A stretch of 64,000 nt of DNA from Epiperipatus broadwayi (lineage: Eukaryota; Animalia; Onychophora): NCBI GenBank assembly GCA_028023455.1, contig JAQFVV010000006.1, positions 19,778,001 to 19,842,000 on the forward strand, given 5' to 3'. A program made the position numbers and the translations under genes. This document shows positions 12,930 through 27,444 of the stretch, piece after piece. The notes under the pieces are model-generated. The model saw only the letters and a program-made list of their open reading frames with translations. It made no database searches and was not told the DNA's origin. The stretch's first letter is position 1. Each line of letters opens with the position of its first letter.

Positions 12930-15400
12930 CACAGCGCCATCTACGTGATAACGCATCTGGTGCCACTACTAGTATAACCTTTGACCAGTGCCTGGTGGTC
13001 AGGGAGAAACAAAAGACTCTATACTAAAAGAAGTTTGGGTGGCTAATTAACGTCTATGGATTTACAAAAGAAATGCAGAAAATAGATATATAGACCAAGA
13101 CAGTGATAGGAATCAAATAAAATAAGAGATCAAATTTAGTTTTAAATAATTTCACACAATTTATTTATATAAATATATATATAACGCCACTGTCTGCTTA
13201 TATGAGACAGGGACGCATATTAAATAATTGTTGGCATTATATTTCAATAAATGACAAAAGGTTTTAAAACAAAGTGATATATTCTATTCCTCGGGCTAAT
13301 AGCATTACAATAATGTGCTTGACGAGATAGGAACATGTGCGAGGTGCTGTGAAAAATTATACAAGTTTAAGAAAATATTTGAAAATTAAGTGTTCTAAAA
13401 TATTTATTGATTTCGAGAATAGCACGGACTAAAGCTTACTAAGCAACAAAGTGGGAATGGGATCAAAGCATTTATTTGAGAATAATAATAATAGAGTTGC
13501 ATTGGGAGGTCAGTATTGCTGATAATGAATTTATTAAAGTTGGAGGGTGTGACACGTTTAAGTCATGGATGCTTTGTAAAATAAATATAAAATAAAACAA
13601 TATTGAAGATCCGGAATGATTACGGAGGGCATCTCGCCACTAACCCGTAGGAAAGTATTTTGACGAACAGCCGAAACTTAGTGACTGTGTGATGATTGCG
13701 TTGAATTCCCAGGGGTGTCATTTGGGACACCCTCTGCCTGGAAACCGCAAGTGTGGAAAGAACGGCCTTAGCCGTGTAAAGAATCCTTGGAAAAATAAAA
13801 CAAAGCGGTCTCAACAACCAATTCATGTACCAGCAATACGAGACTAGAGTATATAAAACATACTGAATGGGTTTTACTTGGATTAAGAGAAATGCCCAAT
13901 CAAATTCCCCGAAATTCATTTAAAAAGGGTCCGCACATTCTCGACGTCAATGATGAACTTTATAATTAAAGTAGAACACGGTAATTAAAATAAGAAAATG
14001 CATGCTTGCGGGTTTAAAAAGTAAGTATAGATTTATATACGCAATCATGCATTAAGGGACACATTTAACCATTGACTTCGCACATACTCTTATATTAGAT
14101 TAAAATCAATAACATGTAGATTTTAAACTATGTGATTATATTATATTAAAGAAAAGAATCGCCCTCGAACGAGTGATTTGCAAGATAATAAAATTGGAAA
14201 ATTATAAATTTAAAACATGCCTTAATAGCGGCGTCTTACTTTCAATAAAGGGAATAGTTCACTCGGTCAAAGACGGTTCTGACACATTATCATAATAAAA
14301 TAAAAGAAAGCTTTATAAATAGAAAATATTAACCCAAGGATAGAGCAAACTGTTGAGTATATTTAAACACCTTAAAGAAATACATAATGAAGTTATGTGC
14401 AATATAAGGAAAACAATTTTCAATAGCTATAGCATGTTAGTTATCACAAGAGCTCTTGGGTTAATTTAGGTTACCTCTGGAGACGCATTGGCAGGTAGAT
14501 GTTCGGCAGGTTTTATAATTCAGCATCAAAATCTGGAATGTTCATATTTTTGGCAGCGGCAGCAACAGTTCCGGGGTCTGTGTGATAACTTCCGATGGTA
14601 TGGAGCAGCGGCTGGCTATTCCGAGGGGACATAGCCATCTTAACGCCTCTACTCGGACATGTCAAGGTTAGCAAATTATTAGAATAGAACACAGAATGAT
14701 TTCTCTTAGACACATTAGAATAAAAAAACAACTAACTAACTGGAGAACAAAAGAAAAACCTTTTTATAGTGGAATTTAACAATAGAACTGCCCTGGAGCA
14801 AAAATATCGGACTTATCAGCTGTAATTAAATCATCGGAATGTCTAAAGGAATTCAACATTAATTAATTTCTTTTGTTAATTTCCCTGTCGACATTCGAAT
14901 TATAAACTAGATTTAGTTAAAAATTACTTTTATTAATTAAAGAAAACCTTAAGTGGACATCTGCTGTTTTTAGATAAACTTATACAACATTTACTAATTA
15001 AACTATTGTCCCTCATTTATTTTAACAGAAATATTTGGAATAACTTTTATTAAATTAAAGAAAATGATTTTACTTTTTAAATTGCAATATTTGAATCTAT
15101 TTACTAAACGAATATTTACTAAATGAATTTTATTTTAAATCAAAATATATTACGACAGTAATATATTTGTAAATAGACTCAAACAAAATAACTTTAACAA
15201 TTTATAATTTTGATATGTTTAAAATGCATATCATAGTGTGTGCGCAATTACGACTTATATAACTTACTTTTTAATAAATGTAAATTATGTGAACAAATAC
15301 ATAATTCATAATATTTTATTTTATTTGGGAATAAGTTATATATATAATACGAGCATTGTGCTCGTGGTTTAAAATTAGGCGGGATTTTCGGTATACAAGT
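12930..15400 (+). mobile_element. Unidentified CpG-rich insertion, possibly the 3' end and LTR of a BEL/Pao LTR retrotransposon
   Basis: Sharp rise in CpG. The peptide EQPKLSDCVMI...HPLPGNRKCGKNGLSRV (13667-13848) loosely resembles the BEL/Pao C-terminal motif PNL.VGD.VLI...WPLGRV..L.PG.DG.VRV. A purine tract followed by TGTTCGG lies at 14500. Weak evidence. Confidence 0.3.
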
Positions 15401-15689
15401 GTATTGCAGACACACTACGATAGATTGGGGTTCAAACTAAGGTATGAGGGTAGAAAGTAGGTGAGAAAAGGTGAAACGAAGATCTGCAAAGCAGACCTTA
15501 CTGTTTCACCATACATAAACCAGCTTCTCTCTCTGCAAATATGAAGCAACGTTGATACAAATATGAAAGAATTAAGCAGCCTAGGGTACAACTCTTTGAA
15601 GAAAGAAATCAGATTTAATATAAAAATGTCAGAATACCTGAACATAAAATGATGATAAACCATCAATCACCATCTCTTATATAAATTTA

Positions 15690-16060
15690 AAAAAAGCAAA
15701 AATATAATGTAAGCTTCAACCAGCCTCAATAGATTAATTTACAACACCAAAGACAGATTACCAAAGGAGGATATTCCATAAATAGTCTATGAGGTCTAGT
15801 GCAACAACCCAGGATGCACAGCAGTATACTGCAGTAAATCCAGAACCATCATCTACCACCAGAATAATGCAGCATTAAATATTCATAACACATTAAAAAA
15901 AATCCTGAAAACGGAACTGCTTTCTGGGACCATGCTAAGAGAATACAGTCACAGCTTCAATCCACAAAGCATTAATTAGTATTCCAAGAATGTGATGGCC
16001 TAAAAAGATCAAAGAGACATGGTTCATAGCTGACTACAAAAACATCATAAACAGAAGAAC
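15690..16060 (+). mobile_element. Penelope-like linker + GIY-YIG endonuclease relic
   Basis: KKQKYNVSF..LNRLIYNTKDRLPKED..IVYEV.CNNPGCTAVY...RIMQH...AFWDHA. Confidence 0.7.
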
Positions 16061-17859
16061 AATATTTAATTATCTCATAGATGGAATATGTAAATGAGAC
16101 AATTTACATAATTATAATAAAAAAAAAGATTCTATAAGAAGCAGCAATGCAATGAAATAAAAAGACTATGATTACGGGGCTTAGCACAAAAAGTGCAACA
16201 GCCAGACAATAAAGCAATAAGGAAAAAAGATCCCACTTCAGCAAGAATACTCACATACTTACACAAAACTATAACATATATTACAAAGTGTAAATTAAAA
16301 TTATAAAACAATGAATTATATGTAGGCAAAGAATGTAAAATAGGGATGCCTCCCCAAAAAATTAAGAGAAATGCCACTATTAGAAAAATTTGTGATCCTC
16401 ACGTAACAAATAAGTTTACTCCTGAGCCAATGTGTGATAGATGTCACTACTATTTCAATTTTTTTTTTTTAAGTTCGGGGGGGGGGGGGGGTCTATAAGA
16501 GTTTTTTTTTTAAAGAACAAAAAATGTGATTGGATATTCAGCAGAATTTGAGTCAAACATCTTAAACCATTTGTGTGATGGCAATTCTATAATTTACTTT
16601 TACTGATGATTATTAAAGGTATGTTTCTTAAAATAATTAATTTACCCCAGTTCAGTTTTTAAATCTTTTAATATTTAAAATTGATATTAATTTTAATGTA
16701 TTAACTTATAATAAAGCTTATATTGAAAAATATATATTATTAAAAATTCAAATTAGTGTTGATCAAATATATAATATTTTTTATCTTGTTTTCATCATTA
16801 ATTCTTTTTCTTAAGAGTGAGTGTGTGTGTGTGTGTATAGAATCCAATAGTTTGACTTCCTTAATTTATATATAAGTATTGGAATTCTTTTCAAAAAGAA
16901 TTATATGCATGTTAAAAAAATTTAAATTTCTATGAACCCATTAATCAATTTTTATTGGAATTAATTATAGAAATAAATAATATAAATCTAGAAATTATTG
17001 TTGTTGAACAACACATTGAATGCATTCAATAATAAATGCTGTACTTTCAAATATATTTATTGCTAATTATCTTGCTTGATGTATGTATATGGTTATTAAA
17101 TGCATTATTTAAATAGACTATAGCATGCTAATTAGTAATGTGAACCAATTCTAAGCATCAGTTTAATAATCTTAAAATATATTTAAACTACAATGTGTAA
17201 AACCTAACATATATATTAAACTTTCTATTTAATACAATTACACTTCAAACAAATGAGTATATATCACATAAGGTCAAATGAGCTGTAATTTAGATTTCTA
17301 TGAATCAACAACATTAATTAGCCCAGACCATCATTCTCTCCCAAATACTCTTCATCACTGTTAAGTATTTATCCATCATACTTTGTCAAAATTTAATCTT
17401 GAAGCTTACAATTCCTGCATAATCTTATTAATGAAAAATAACTGCATTAAAATTATACCATTTACATTTGTAGTTCTAATAAAGTATACATTTGACCTTA
17501 AAACTAAATTTCAAGTCTGTAACAGGGCTAATAATAATAACAATCTCCAGCCTAATAAATAATTATTAATAATTTTAATATATTTATCTAAATTATGATA
17601 GTATTCATAGATAAAGTTGTGCAGGGCATCAGCTGTATACTTGTAGATTACATTGAAACAAAATCAATACTTTTGTTATACTGCTAAAAATACTGTGAGA
17701 AATATTGCATATATACATTACATTTTTTTATAATTAGTAGCAATGGAATGATATAAATATTAGATCTTTAAAAAAAAAACTATTAGTTATTAATAACTCA
17801 GTAATACATCAGTTATCTATAATTGTTACTACTGATGTTAAAAAGATTTCTTTATATAC

Positions 17860-18160
17860 AACATACATCAATCCATTGCAGAAGAGAGATCACTCCCAAA
17901 TTTAATTGTTTTTCCAATCTATAGCTTCTTATCTCTAAATTGCCCCTGTAAACTTCTGTAACCCATTCATCCATTCATTCGTAGTCCTTTCTAATCTCTT
18001 GGAATACAGTTTAGTTATTTATCTATTATCAACTTTTCTAACATATATATAACATGATTTTTTAGATCTAATTCCCATTTTAGCCTCATGATTCTTTTAC
18101 TAATAACTGATATATATTACATCCATGCATTGTTTTATATAGTCACACTTGTTAATCACA
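17860..18160 (-). mobile_element. Older RTE 3' fragment
   Basis: Reverse complement has collinear matches to 41680-41940 (aacaagtgtgact, gataatagat, aaactgtattccaagagatt, ctgcaatggattgat). Confidence 0.75.
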
Positions 18161-19304
18161 ACACCTTTGCTAAATACTCCACAATTTCTGTATTGTTCTA
18201 TTAAGTACCAAAATCTCTAATATATTAAATAGGGACTAATAATAACATTTATTAAATGTTTTCCTTCTTTTTAGAGCATACAATCCTATTACCCTTTTAA
18301 TATTTAATGATTTTTACTGTAAAGATTAATTAATTTTCTTTATGTATGTACCAGTGATAATAATTTGTTTGTAATATTTATGACAAGAAAATTTATATTG
18401 CAAATACATAGTGATATTGGTAATTATATGTAATGCATATTTACTGCTCTGATAAAGACTTTTATACAGTAGAAACTATCAAAGTAGAGATATTGTATTT
18501 GTGTTGGAAAGTGTAAAAGTATGTTAAATATTATTAATATTTATCTTAATATTTATAGTTACCTCATTATTATCAATTTTTCCCCTTTTTTTGAAAAGCC
18601 ATGGATATTATTTAGTATTAATTTAGTTCAAAAATCTGAGATATTATTTGTGAAAACAATGATGATTTACATCATGTCCACTTATGTTTTTTGTTTCCCA
18701 TATTAATCCACAAAATAGTTATTGTACAACAGATGAAAAATATTTTGGAGAAATAAAAGAATCTTAATTAATCTGCTGAATATCATCAATTAGACAAAAT
18801 AAGGGCCTGCATAATTTCAATAATATTCATCAGAATTTCACAATATCCCGGTGCTATACCATGATGCTTTAGCTCTAATTACTGCAGAAATGATTATAAA
18901 ATTGAATGAATTTTAGTAATTTATAGATTCAATACATAATGGCAACATATATTCACTATACTTTTTATAACTTTTCTTAATACATTGATACTGGTCAGCT
19001 TAAGTCCAAAATTAACTATAAATGATTGATAATTATCTTATATAGACCTATTTGAAGATTTAGAGAACAATAAATGGGCTGAATACAGATGGATATACAT
19101 CAAACAAATAAATTGAAAATTAATCAACTAATAATATATTTTGATAAATTAGTAGATTAATAAATATACAATCAATTAATTAATGAACTGAAAGAACTAT
19201 ATAAAGTTATAGATCAAAAGAAAGTTCTGGAGTTAAGAGAACTGCTCCAACAGCATATATTAAATGTAAACAGATCGCTGTGACGTAGCTCTCAAATTTA
19301 CGTC

Positions 19305-19600
19305 GCAGTAGGATTTTAAAATTAGAAAAAATATATATAAATAATTTTATAATAGATATTGAAAAATAATAAACATTTTTATTTATTTAAATAGAAACTA
19401 AAAGAAAAGTACAAACAATGAACTCATAAATAAACTGCTATCAACAATAATAATACTATGCATGCAGTAGGATTTTAAAATTTGGAAAAAATATAAAAAT
19501 GATTTTATAATAAGTGTTGAAAAATAATAAACATCTTCATTTACTTAAATAGGATTAAAAGAAAGAGAAAAATGCAGAATCCCCAAATAAACTGCTATCT
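19305..19600. repeat. Diverged ~159-bp tandem duplication
   Basis: gcagtaggattttaaaatt...gaaaaataataaacat...aaataaactgctatc starting at 19305 and 19464. Confidence 0.75.
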
Positions 19601-19684
19601 ATGATCACAATATTATGTGCATGCGTAGAGCATAAAACAAAGATGTAGTCATTGAGAGTGGGAGATAGGCAAAAATAAGATATT

Positions 19685-19775
19685 AAAATATTCACTTTGA
19701 ATTTAAACTGCACCCTAATTTTACATCTTCAAAATTTAAATAAAAAGTGCAGCTTAAATTCGAAGTAATACAATA
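19685..19775. mobile_element. Tiny pogo/Tigger-like MITE remnant
   Basis: 19-bp inverted repeat ctttgaatttaaactgcac (19695-19713) / gtgcagcttaaattcgaag (19747-19765), 17/19 identical. Confidence 0.45.
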
Positions 19776-19986
19776 CATACCATACTAGACAAAAGGATAA
19801 AAGGTATTTTTAGTTATAAATTTGAAGGTATTAAAATATATAGTTAAAGTCTCAATGTCAATCTTATAATTACAGAAATAAGTTGACTTGGATTCAATGC
19901 ATTAAAAAATATTTTTCTATTTCATCTTAATAGCAAAAAAAAAAGTGTAAAATGCGGCTGGCAAATGTAAGATGCATTAGGTTCAA

Positions 19987-20031
19987 ATTCCTTACTGATG
20001 AAGGTCACAAACCAGAAACTAGTCTGTGAAT
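19987..20031 (+). ncRNA. Solo minimal hammerhead motif (palindromic ACTAGT helix III, GUC)
   Basis: CTGATGA (19995-20001) A GGT-CACAA-ACC A GAAAC TA GTC; interrupted helix I attc..ta / tgtgaat. Confidence 0.55.
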
Positions 20032-23000
20032 GTTGATAAAATAGGATGAAATAAGCTTACAACAGGTGGCTCTGGGGTAGAACAAAAATTGTTCCAAACA
20101 ATATATATATAAATACGGAATATGTTTTTAATATTTGATGAAGAAAGTAAAAATAAATGTCAAAATTCATAACAATTCAAAAATTATATGATTTGATTAA
20201 CTATAAAATTATAAGCTTTAACTTAGACTAAAATGAAATAATAGATATATAAAGAATGTATATAGAAAAGTTTTCATAAAATACATTTTTGAATAGTATG
20301 TACTTAGTCGACTTTCGACTATTACAAGTCATAGATGTAGCATGAGTTGGCAGTGGGGATATATAAATGGTATTATTGCTAATTTACATGAAATTTAAAT
20401 ATGAAAATTAATTTGGTAGAATTTATGACCACATAAAAATTAATGAATAGTATTCGTTGCAAAAATATGTACATACTGCGAGAAATAAAAATAGTTATGC
20501 TTTTATATGCTGCATGTTGATCTGCCAGTCGTACTATATATGAATATGTGTGTCAATTAATCTATTGAATAGTCTAGTTATTAATTAATATGACAATTTA
20601 TCTTATATCTATTTTTTGATTCATCTTTTGAAAATGATGATAAAGAAGCAACATATTTCATAAGCACATAAATTTAAATTTATTTTTTCTTTATTTAAAA
20701 ACCTTTTTAATTTCTATTTAAATTCAATTAGTATAATAATATGCAGTAATAGTATTAATTATATTTCCTTAAAAAAAAAGTAGATCAAATATATCCCTCA
20801 AAATATAAAAATAGTATTCCTATGGAAATATGGACATAGTTCTCCATAAATTAATTCACAATTTTGGAAACAATGAATCATGATAAAGGATTCTTTGTAT
20901 ATTGGAATAAATAAAAATTTATTAACAATGTTAACCGTTGTTTAAAAAATTTAATATCAGTAGTTTTCATTGATATATTTAATATAATTTAAATAAGCAT
21001 ATTTAGATATTGAGATAAAAATTATTTGTCCATTTTACTTTTTATTTAAGATTTATCAATTATTCACCCTTTTTAATTAATAAAATCCAAAACTATTTTG
21101 CTTCATCTTTCATTTTGAACTAATACAAATTAAGATTTTTGCATGACACATATATACAGTATGTTAGTGTAAACATACAAATAGTTTCTTTCGATTTGAT
21201 TTTTCATTGGCACAAAATATTAATATTCTGAATGAATTTTCTTCCTAATAATGATGTAAATATATACTGTGCTTGCAAATATAATTATGCGTACTTTATA
21301 AAATAGTTTATTGTTAGCAATTAAAACTAAAATCAGTTTTGATTATACAGTACACTGGGATATTAATAATCAATATTATGATATACAAATGCTACAATAA
21401 TCATTTTTTATCAATAAAATCATGATTCTATAACAAACATTAACATAAAATGAATGCAGAGTATTATTGATTGATGTGCCAGATGTATTTTCCTCCTTTG
21501 AACATCAGTCATTAGCTTTATTACAAATTTGTAAAGTTCAATTATCAATTTCATTCAGTTATCTACTTATTTGTGTGTTTAGAAGTAAAAATATTTTTTT
21601 GAAAATTATTCTGCTATATAATTATAGACATAAGTTGGCAAAAGAGAATGAAAAAGTTAATTAATTTAATTTACACCTTAAAAAGATTGTTTATACTTTC
21701 CATATACAACTTTTTTTAATGTTTTTATTATAAAGAAAAATTGATTATACTTTTCACTAAAGAGATTCTTGTTTTGTGCTCACTACTAATACAATTACAA
21801 AAAATAACAAGTAAAAAAAAATAAATTAAAATGTGCAGAGAAGGTATTTATTTATACAACTATAATTATAAAAGAATAATTCATTTACTTGGCATATGAT
21901 TATTACATCAGCCAAAAATGCAGTATATAAGCTACTATGTAAGTTCATTAAAATAATTCTAAAAGTCTGACAAGTATAGGATTCTTTATAGAATGCACAT
22001 TTATAAGATTATAGTGTTTTCACACTTATTCCCATTGCTTAACCTCAAAATAACAAATTTCTGTGTTCACTTGATTTTAAAAAAAAAAAAAATAGTTAAC
22101 TCATAAGTATAACATAAAATAAACAGTAATTCTATTGCATATAACCCTTTTGGGTACAGTTTTGTGTGAAAAAATAGTCATGTTTTTCTTTTTTATAATT
22201 GTCATAAGCATAATAGCTTATATTGCTTTAATAATTTCACCTATTAATAGAACAATAGGATTATAGCAAAATGTGTGCCAGTAAATAATATTTAATAATA
22301 TAGTATATTTGTTATAAGACAGAAGCGAACAGAAAATGTAAAATTAATTTAAAATTAGCTTTTATAAATTTTTAAAATAGTAAGAATAAAAGTTAAAATA
22401 TTAGTTTATTAAAGGTTAGTTTTAAAGTCTGTAAAGTAATTTTATTAGTAAATATCTTTAAATATTTTTATTAGACAATTATTTAAAAACAATTATTAAT
22501 AAGTTAAGTTAAAGTTACATCATTTCCTTTCAGTCATGTATATATGTGTGTGTGCATGGATGAATGGAAAGTGTTTTATAAATAAAGCAGTTTTAAAAAT
22601 TGAGTTATACAAACACATAAAAATAAAAATAAATAATTTTAGTATTAGTTAAAAAGTAAATTTAAAGGGTAAAATATTATTAATTTAAACTTAGGTAAAT
22701 AAATTCTTAAGGTAATTCACTTGATGAATGAGATAAGTTTAATTATATTTCAATATTTTATATATATAAGAAAACTTTATTAAATTTCTTCTAAAATTAG
22801 TTCGTTAAGTCATGTGTCTTTTTTTTTTTAATATCTAGATTAAAATGATGTCATTCATCAATTGATTTGTCTTACAGTTGAGTCTTAAAAATAAAATAAA
22901 AACTAATAAGTCTTTGTTTATTGGATAGTTTATAAGAAATTGACAGCTTAAAAAAAAGGGGGGAGGGGTAATTAATTTTAAAAAAAGGGTATAAAAAGAC

Positions 23001-24559
23001 AAGTTTGTTCATTCTAAGGGTGTTCTTCAGTTCTAGATCTCCAGTCAGATTTGAATCTTGGCAAAAGTCTTTGTAAAGTATATTTTTTTATAATTTTATT
23101 TTTCTTTTGTAAAAGTATTTAGCTTAAATTATGTTATTCTTCAATCAACTATAAACTCAGAGTAGTTTCAGGTACTCCCACTTTTGATTCTAACTTGCAA
23201 TTAAACTTTTTCAATCAGAAAAATGCTTTGGAGAAACTTAATTTTCATTATCAGTCAATTGAATAAAATTTGCTTTGGAATCACTTTTAATAAAGTGCAA
23301 TTCTTATATTCACTGACGAACATTTTAAAAGTTATGCAGAACAATTTTCCAGTTTTATTGTTGTTTAGTTCATTTATAAATAGAAGAAGCTATAAAAGTT
23401 TTAAAAGGAAATTTAAAAATGCATAGATTGTGGAGTTATATATTTAAAAAAATAAAAAATAAAAAAATGCATAATAGTAATTCACCTGTTTTATTACTGA
23501 CTTTTGAATTGCAATTGAAGTTGTTAAGTGATATTTTATTAGTATTTCTCATATATCAGACATATGCTTGAGAAATGATAGTAACTTTAAAATGACTTGC
23601 TATACTGCAGTTCTTCAATTAAAATTTGAAGAAATATAATGTATTATTTATTAAAGATATAAAATATTAATTTATTCATCTGTGCCATGTCATTAGCAAA
23701 ATATGTTATAGACGTTTGACATGCTGAATTATTCTTTGCTAACGAAGTGCTTACGGAATTATTTTACAAAAATAAATTAGAATATCACCTGGAAATGTCT
23801 CATTATTTCACATAACTAATTTTGAAACCAATGCTTAAAATATTTAAATAATTTTAATACTTAAAATGTGATTCTTCAAGCAGAATAGACATGAAGCTGT
23901 GATTTAACTAAATGAACCCATGGGATTCCAAAAAGTTATATTATTAATTACAATATTATTATTTCCAATGTCATGACTAATTATTGTTATATGTGTATTT
24001 GTTTGCTGTCTTTATATTTTAGAATTGCTATAATTTCAGAACTATTGAGATATAAAAACTGTTATATGTTTCATTTGTTTTTGGAAATTCTTTTGCCTTA
24101 ATTGGATTAATTCATTTGACTAGAAGCTTCGCAGAAAAATTGTTTGCCCATCGAATTAATATTATGTGCACTCAACTGACAGCTCAGTGCGAAGAATGCT
24201 CACTTATGAACTAAGGTTTTTCTTTATTGGTATAAAAATATATACATATTTTATGCAATATTTTTCTTTTGGAATTTTTGTTGCATTTATGTAATATTAT
24301 GCCGTATTACAAGTGCCAGGTAATTAATTTATGTAAATTTAATTTTTTTTATGGATTTATCAAAGATGTGTAGATATTCTACATATTAACAGGTAACATT
24401 TAATTTCTACTTAGTATGTGCTTTATCAGCTAAAGTTTTACCTGCTTATTCTAAGTCAGTGGAGATTTTATCTCTCACAATAGTTATTTTAAATATATGG
24501 TATTTTTACTTCGTTGTCTTCCAAACAGCCAAACAAAAATAATTGTCAGAAGTTGTTCT

Positions 24560-25480
24560 TTTATATTTTTGCATAAATGCAATAGTAATTTTATTTATTA
24601 ATATTTTATGCTTTGAGAATTATTATTCTCACATTTTATTCCCAATTTCATTCATGTCCACCAGTTATTATAATTTTAAATATTTAATATTCCATATTCG
24701 TGTGCATTGCCACTTAGGGCCAAAAAATTGTTTGACTTCCAATGTTCATTTGTTGGTTCAGACATTGCTTATTGTCTATTGTGTTTAAAATTTTGAATAT
24801 GACTAGTTAGTTATTGTGATGTTTTTATCTTGTCATTGTTAGTTGTAGCATTGATGGGCCTTATAATGTCAGGTCTTGCTTATTATATTGATTATTGTGC
24901 TGGATGGAGCGGATAAATTCCCCATCTGTAGTACTTTCTGTTCCATGAGTTGATAGTGCTTATTTGTAGTGATTGTTATCACTTATTTATTAGATACCTG
25001 TTTGTGGTGAGCATTTCCATAATTTTCCTGATGTGCTGTGACAAGGTCGAGGTATCTTCTTCTGCCTCAGATGTAGGTGTTTTGGAAGCCACCATATTTA
25101 TAATGTATTCATTTCTTCATATTAGTTACTCTGCAGTCTTTTGGCCTATCACTCATGATGTGTTTGAAGCTAATTTTCCAACATAGTAAGTGAGGTTTGT
25201 GTCCTAATATGTGATGACAAGATAAGTTAGTTTGAAGGATTTAGTTTCTTCAGGATGCCCTCGGTTATTTTAGTGCTTAAAAGTGTATCAATGTCTGTTT
25301 TTGTATTATGATTTTATAATCATCCACAAAACAACCAACAATAGTAATTTTAAATGTTTAATTTGTAAGCATATGGCAGTTAGTGCAATCCACACATGCT
25401 ATGTAGATACTGTGATCATCCAGAACTTCTCCAATGAATGTGAGTCATTTATTTTTTTTAACATTTTGTGTAGTTTATAT
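24560..25480 (-). mobile_element. Penelope-like RT/endonuclease relic
   Basis: Minus-strand relic peptides CFVDDY, SQHIRKIMEMLTTNRYLINK and a GIY-YIG-like tail (...RIIILKA*NINK); heavily broken. Confidence 0.5.
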
Positions 25481-27190
25481 TATGTGGATAGTAATTTTAT
25501 AGTGTATGCATGTAAATGACTTTTGATGAGTGGCCCATACATTTATTTATTCGTTCATTTCATTCATTCATTTGGTTATTTCATTAATTTAAGTTAATAA
25601 GCGATAAGAGAGTAGTTACTTGTAACATGAAATGTATTTTAAATATGTCAGCTATTGCTTAAGTGTAGTTAACTGATAATTTCAAGTATTAATAGATCAG
25701 TTATTAATCCTGGTTACTTCTTGTTATAATGTGTTATTTTAGAAGAGATAAATCAAGAAAAATTATATGCTATTAAGTTAATAAGTAATTCCATGTAAAG
25801 CATATAAATTTTATGATGCTCAAAATTATCTGAGGGATAATTTAAGTTAATGGAGATATGTAAGAATTGGCCAATGCTAATTCTCTATTCTAATTATGTA
25901 TTAAATAAGATGAATATGTAACATTATTATTTTTAAAAAAGCCTTAGTAGTTCCTTTGTCAAACTAAAAGATTTGTAGATACTGTCAGTCAAATGACTAT
26001 TTTTGTAACAGCAACATTTCCAAGTTTTATATAAATTTTTATTATATCAGAATAAGTATAAATAAACCTATTGATTCTTTATTTAAGTTATATTCAGTTT
26101 CTGTTTGTTTTTGTTTTTTTATATTTATTGTTTTAGGTTCACAACATTGATTACTGATCACTGCTTTAATTATTTTCATTTCATTAAAGACGTACAGTAT
26201 ACTTTATTTCCCCAGAAATAAAATAAAGTCATACATTTAATTCTGTCTGATTTCTGGGTGAAATCATTATAACAGATAATATCACATTTGCAGATACCAA
26301 AATAAGATTTAGTCTATGAAGTATTTTAACTATGTTAGATAGAAGATTATACTCTTTGAAATGAAGATTGTCCGTGCTATTTTAGACAGCACACTATTCA
26401 ATTACCTAAGTATCAAGATCCAGTTTACACTTAATTATTTATGAACGCTGTTTTGTGAGAAGGCGGAGGGACATAAAAAGCACCCTTGTCTTTCTCCCAA
26501 CTCGAGTGATATCCTGGGTAAAAGGCTATAATTAGTCTAAATTATAAATATTTTAATTTTGCAATTGAATAATTTTTTTTTTATTGTGATAAATTTTGTT
26601 ATCTTGTAATAGGATGCGGTCATTTCAAGTTAAGTGTTTGCCTCCTACAGTCGACCAGGATGTCATTCAAATTATCCATTTATCTATTTAGCTGCTTAGC
26701 AAACGTCATATGTTAGTATGTCACAAGCGTTGCAGTAAGATCCCTGATTTACACAATTTTACAAATTATGCCATTAATTATAACTAGTATGCGAAGTAGC
26801 TCTTATCTATTCCCTGTACTAGAAGAAAAGCACATCTGATGGTATTTAGTTTCATGGAATTTCTGATAAATTATGCTGTTAGAAGTGATTAGAGTAGCAT
26901 TTATTTTTTAAGGCCTTAGATAATAAATTTCGTTTAGAAAGATTTTTATTTTTGTCATAAATTTGTTGTACTTGGGGATATATAATTTGATGGAGGGTTA
27001 AGTCTTGTAAATATTGGGTAACGGTGGAAATTTTCCCCGATAATGTATTCAAAATTATTATGGTGCCCTGATTCTTTGGTGGCCCTATTGATTTTTCCTC
27101 CATCTTGTTGTAGATCTCTGTGTATTAGCATTTTTATAAATTTTATTGTAATGCTGGGTTAGATGAGTCTCTGATTTTAGTCGATTATTA

Positions 27191-27444
27191 TTTCCTCTCT
27201 CTTCTCTACTCTCTTCCTTTTCCCTCTCCTCTCCCTCTACTCTCTTTTCCTTTCTCTCACTCCCATTTCCCTATCTTCTCTTTATTATTTATTTTCTCTT
27301 CCCCCCCTTCTCATAGCCCTCTCTCTTCTCAACTCTCTTCCCCTATCTTCTATCCCTCCACTCTCTCTCTTCCTCTATCTTCTCTCTCTCTCTCTCTCTC
27401 TTATGTACTTTCTTTTCTCCTCTTTCTCTATCCCCCCCCCCCCC
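27191..27444. repeat. CT-rich polypyrimidine low-complexity tract ending in (CT)n and poly-C
   Basis: About 250 bp almost free of purines on the plus strand. Confidence 0.9.

Noticed and set aside
13660-13686. TTGACGA...GAAAC TTAGT motif
   Set aside because: No helix II pairing, and G at the cleavage position.
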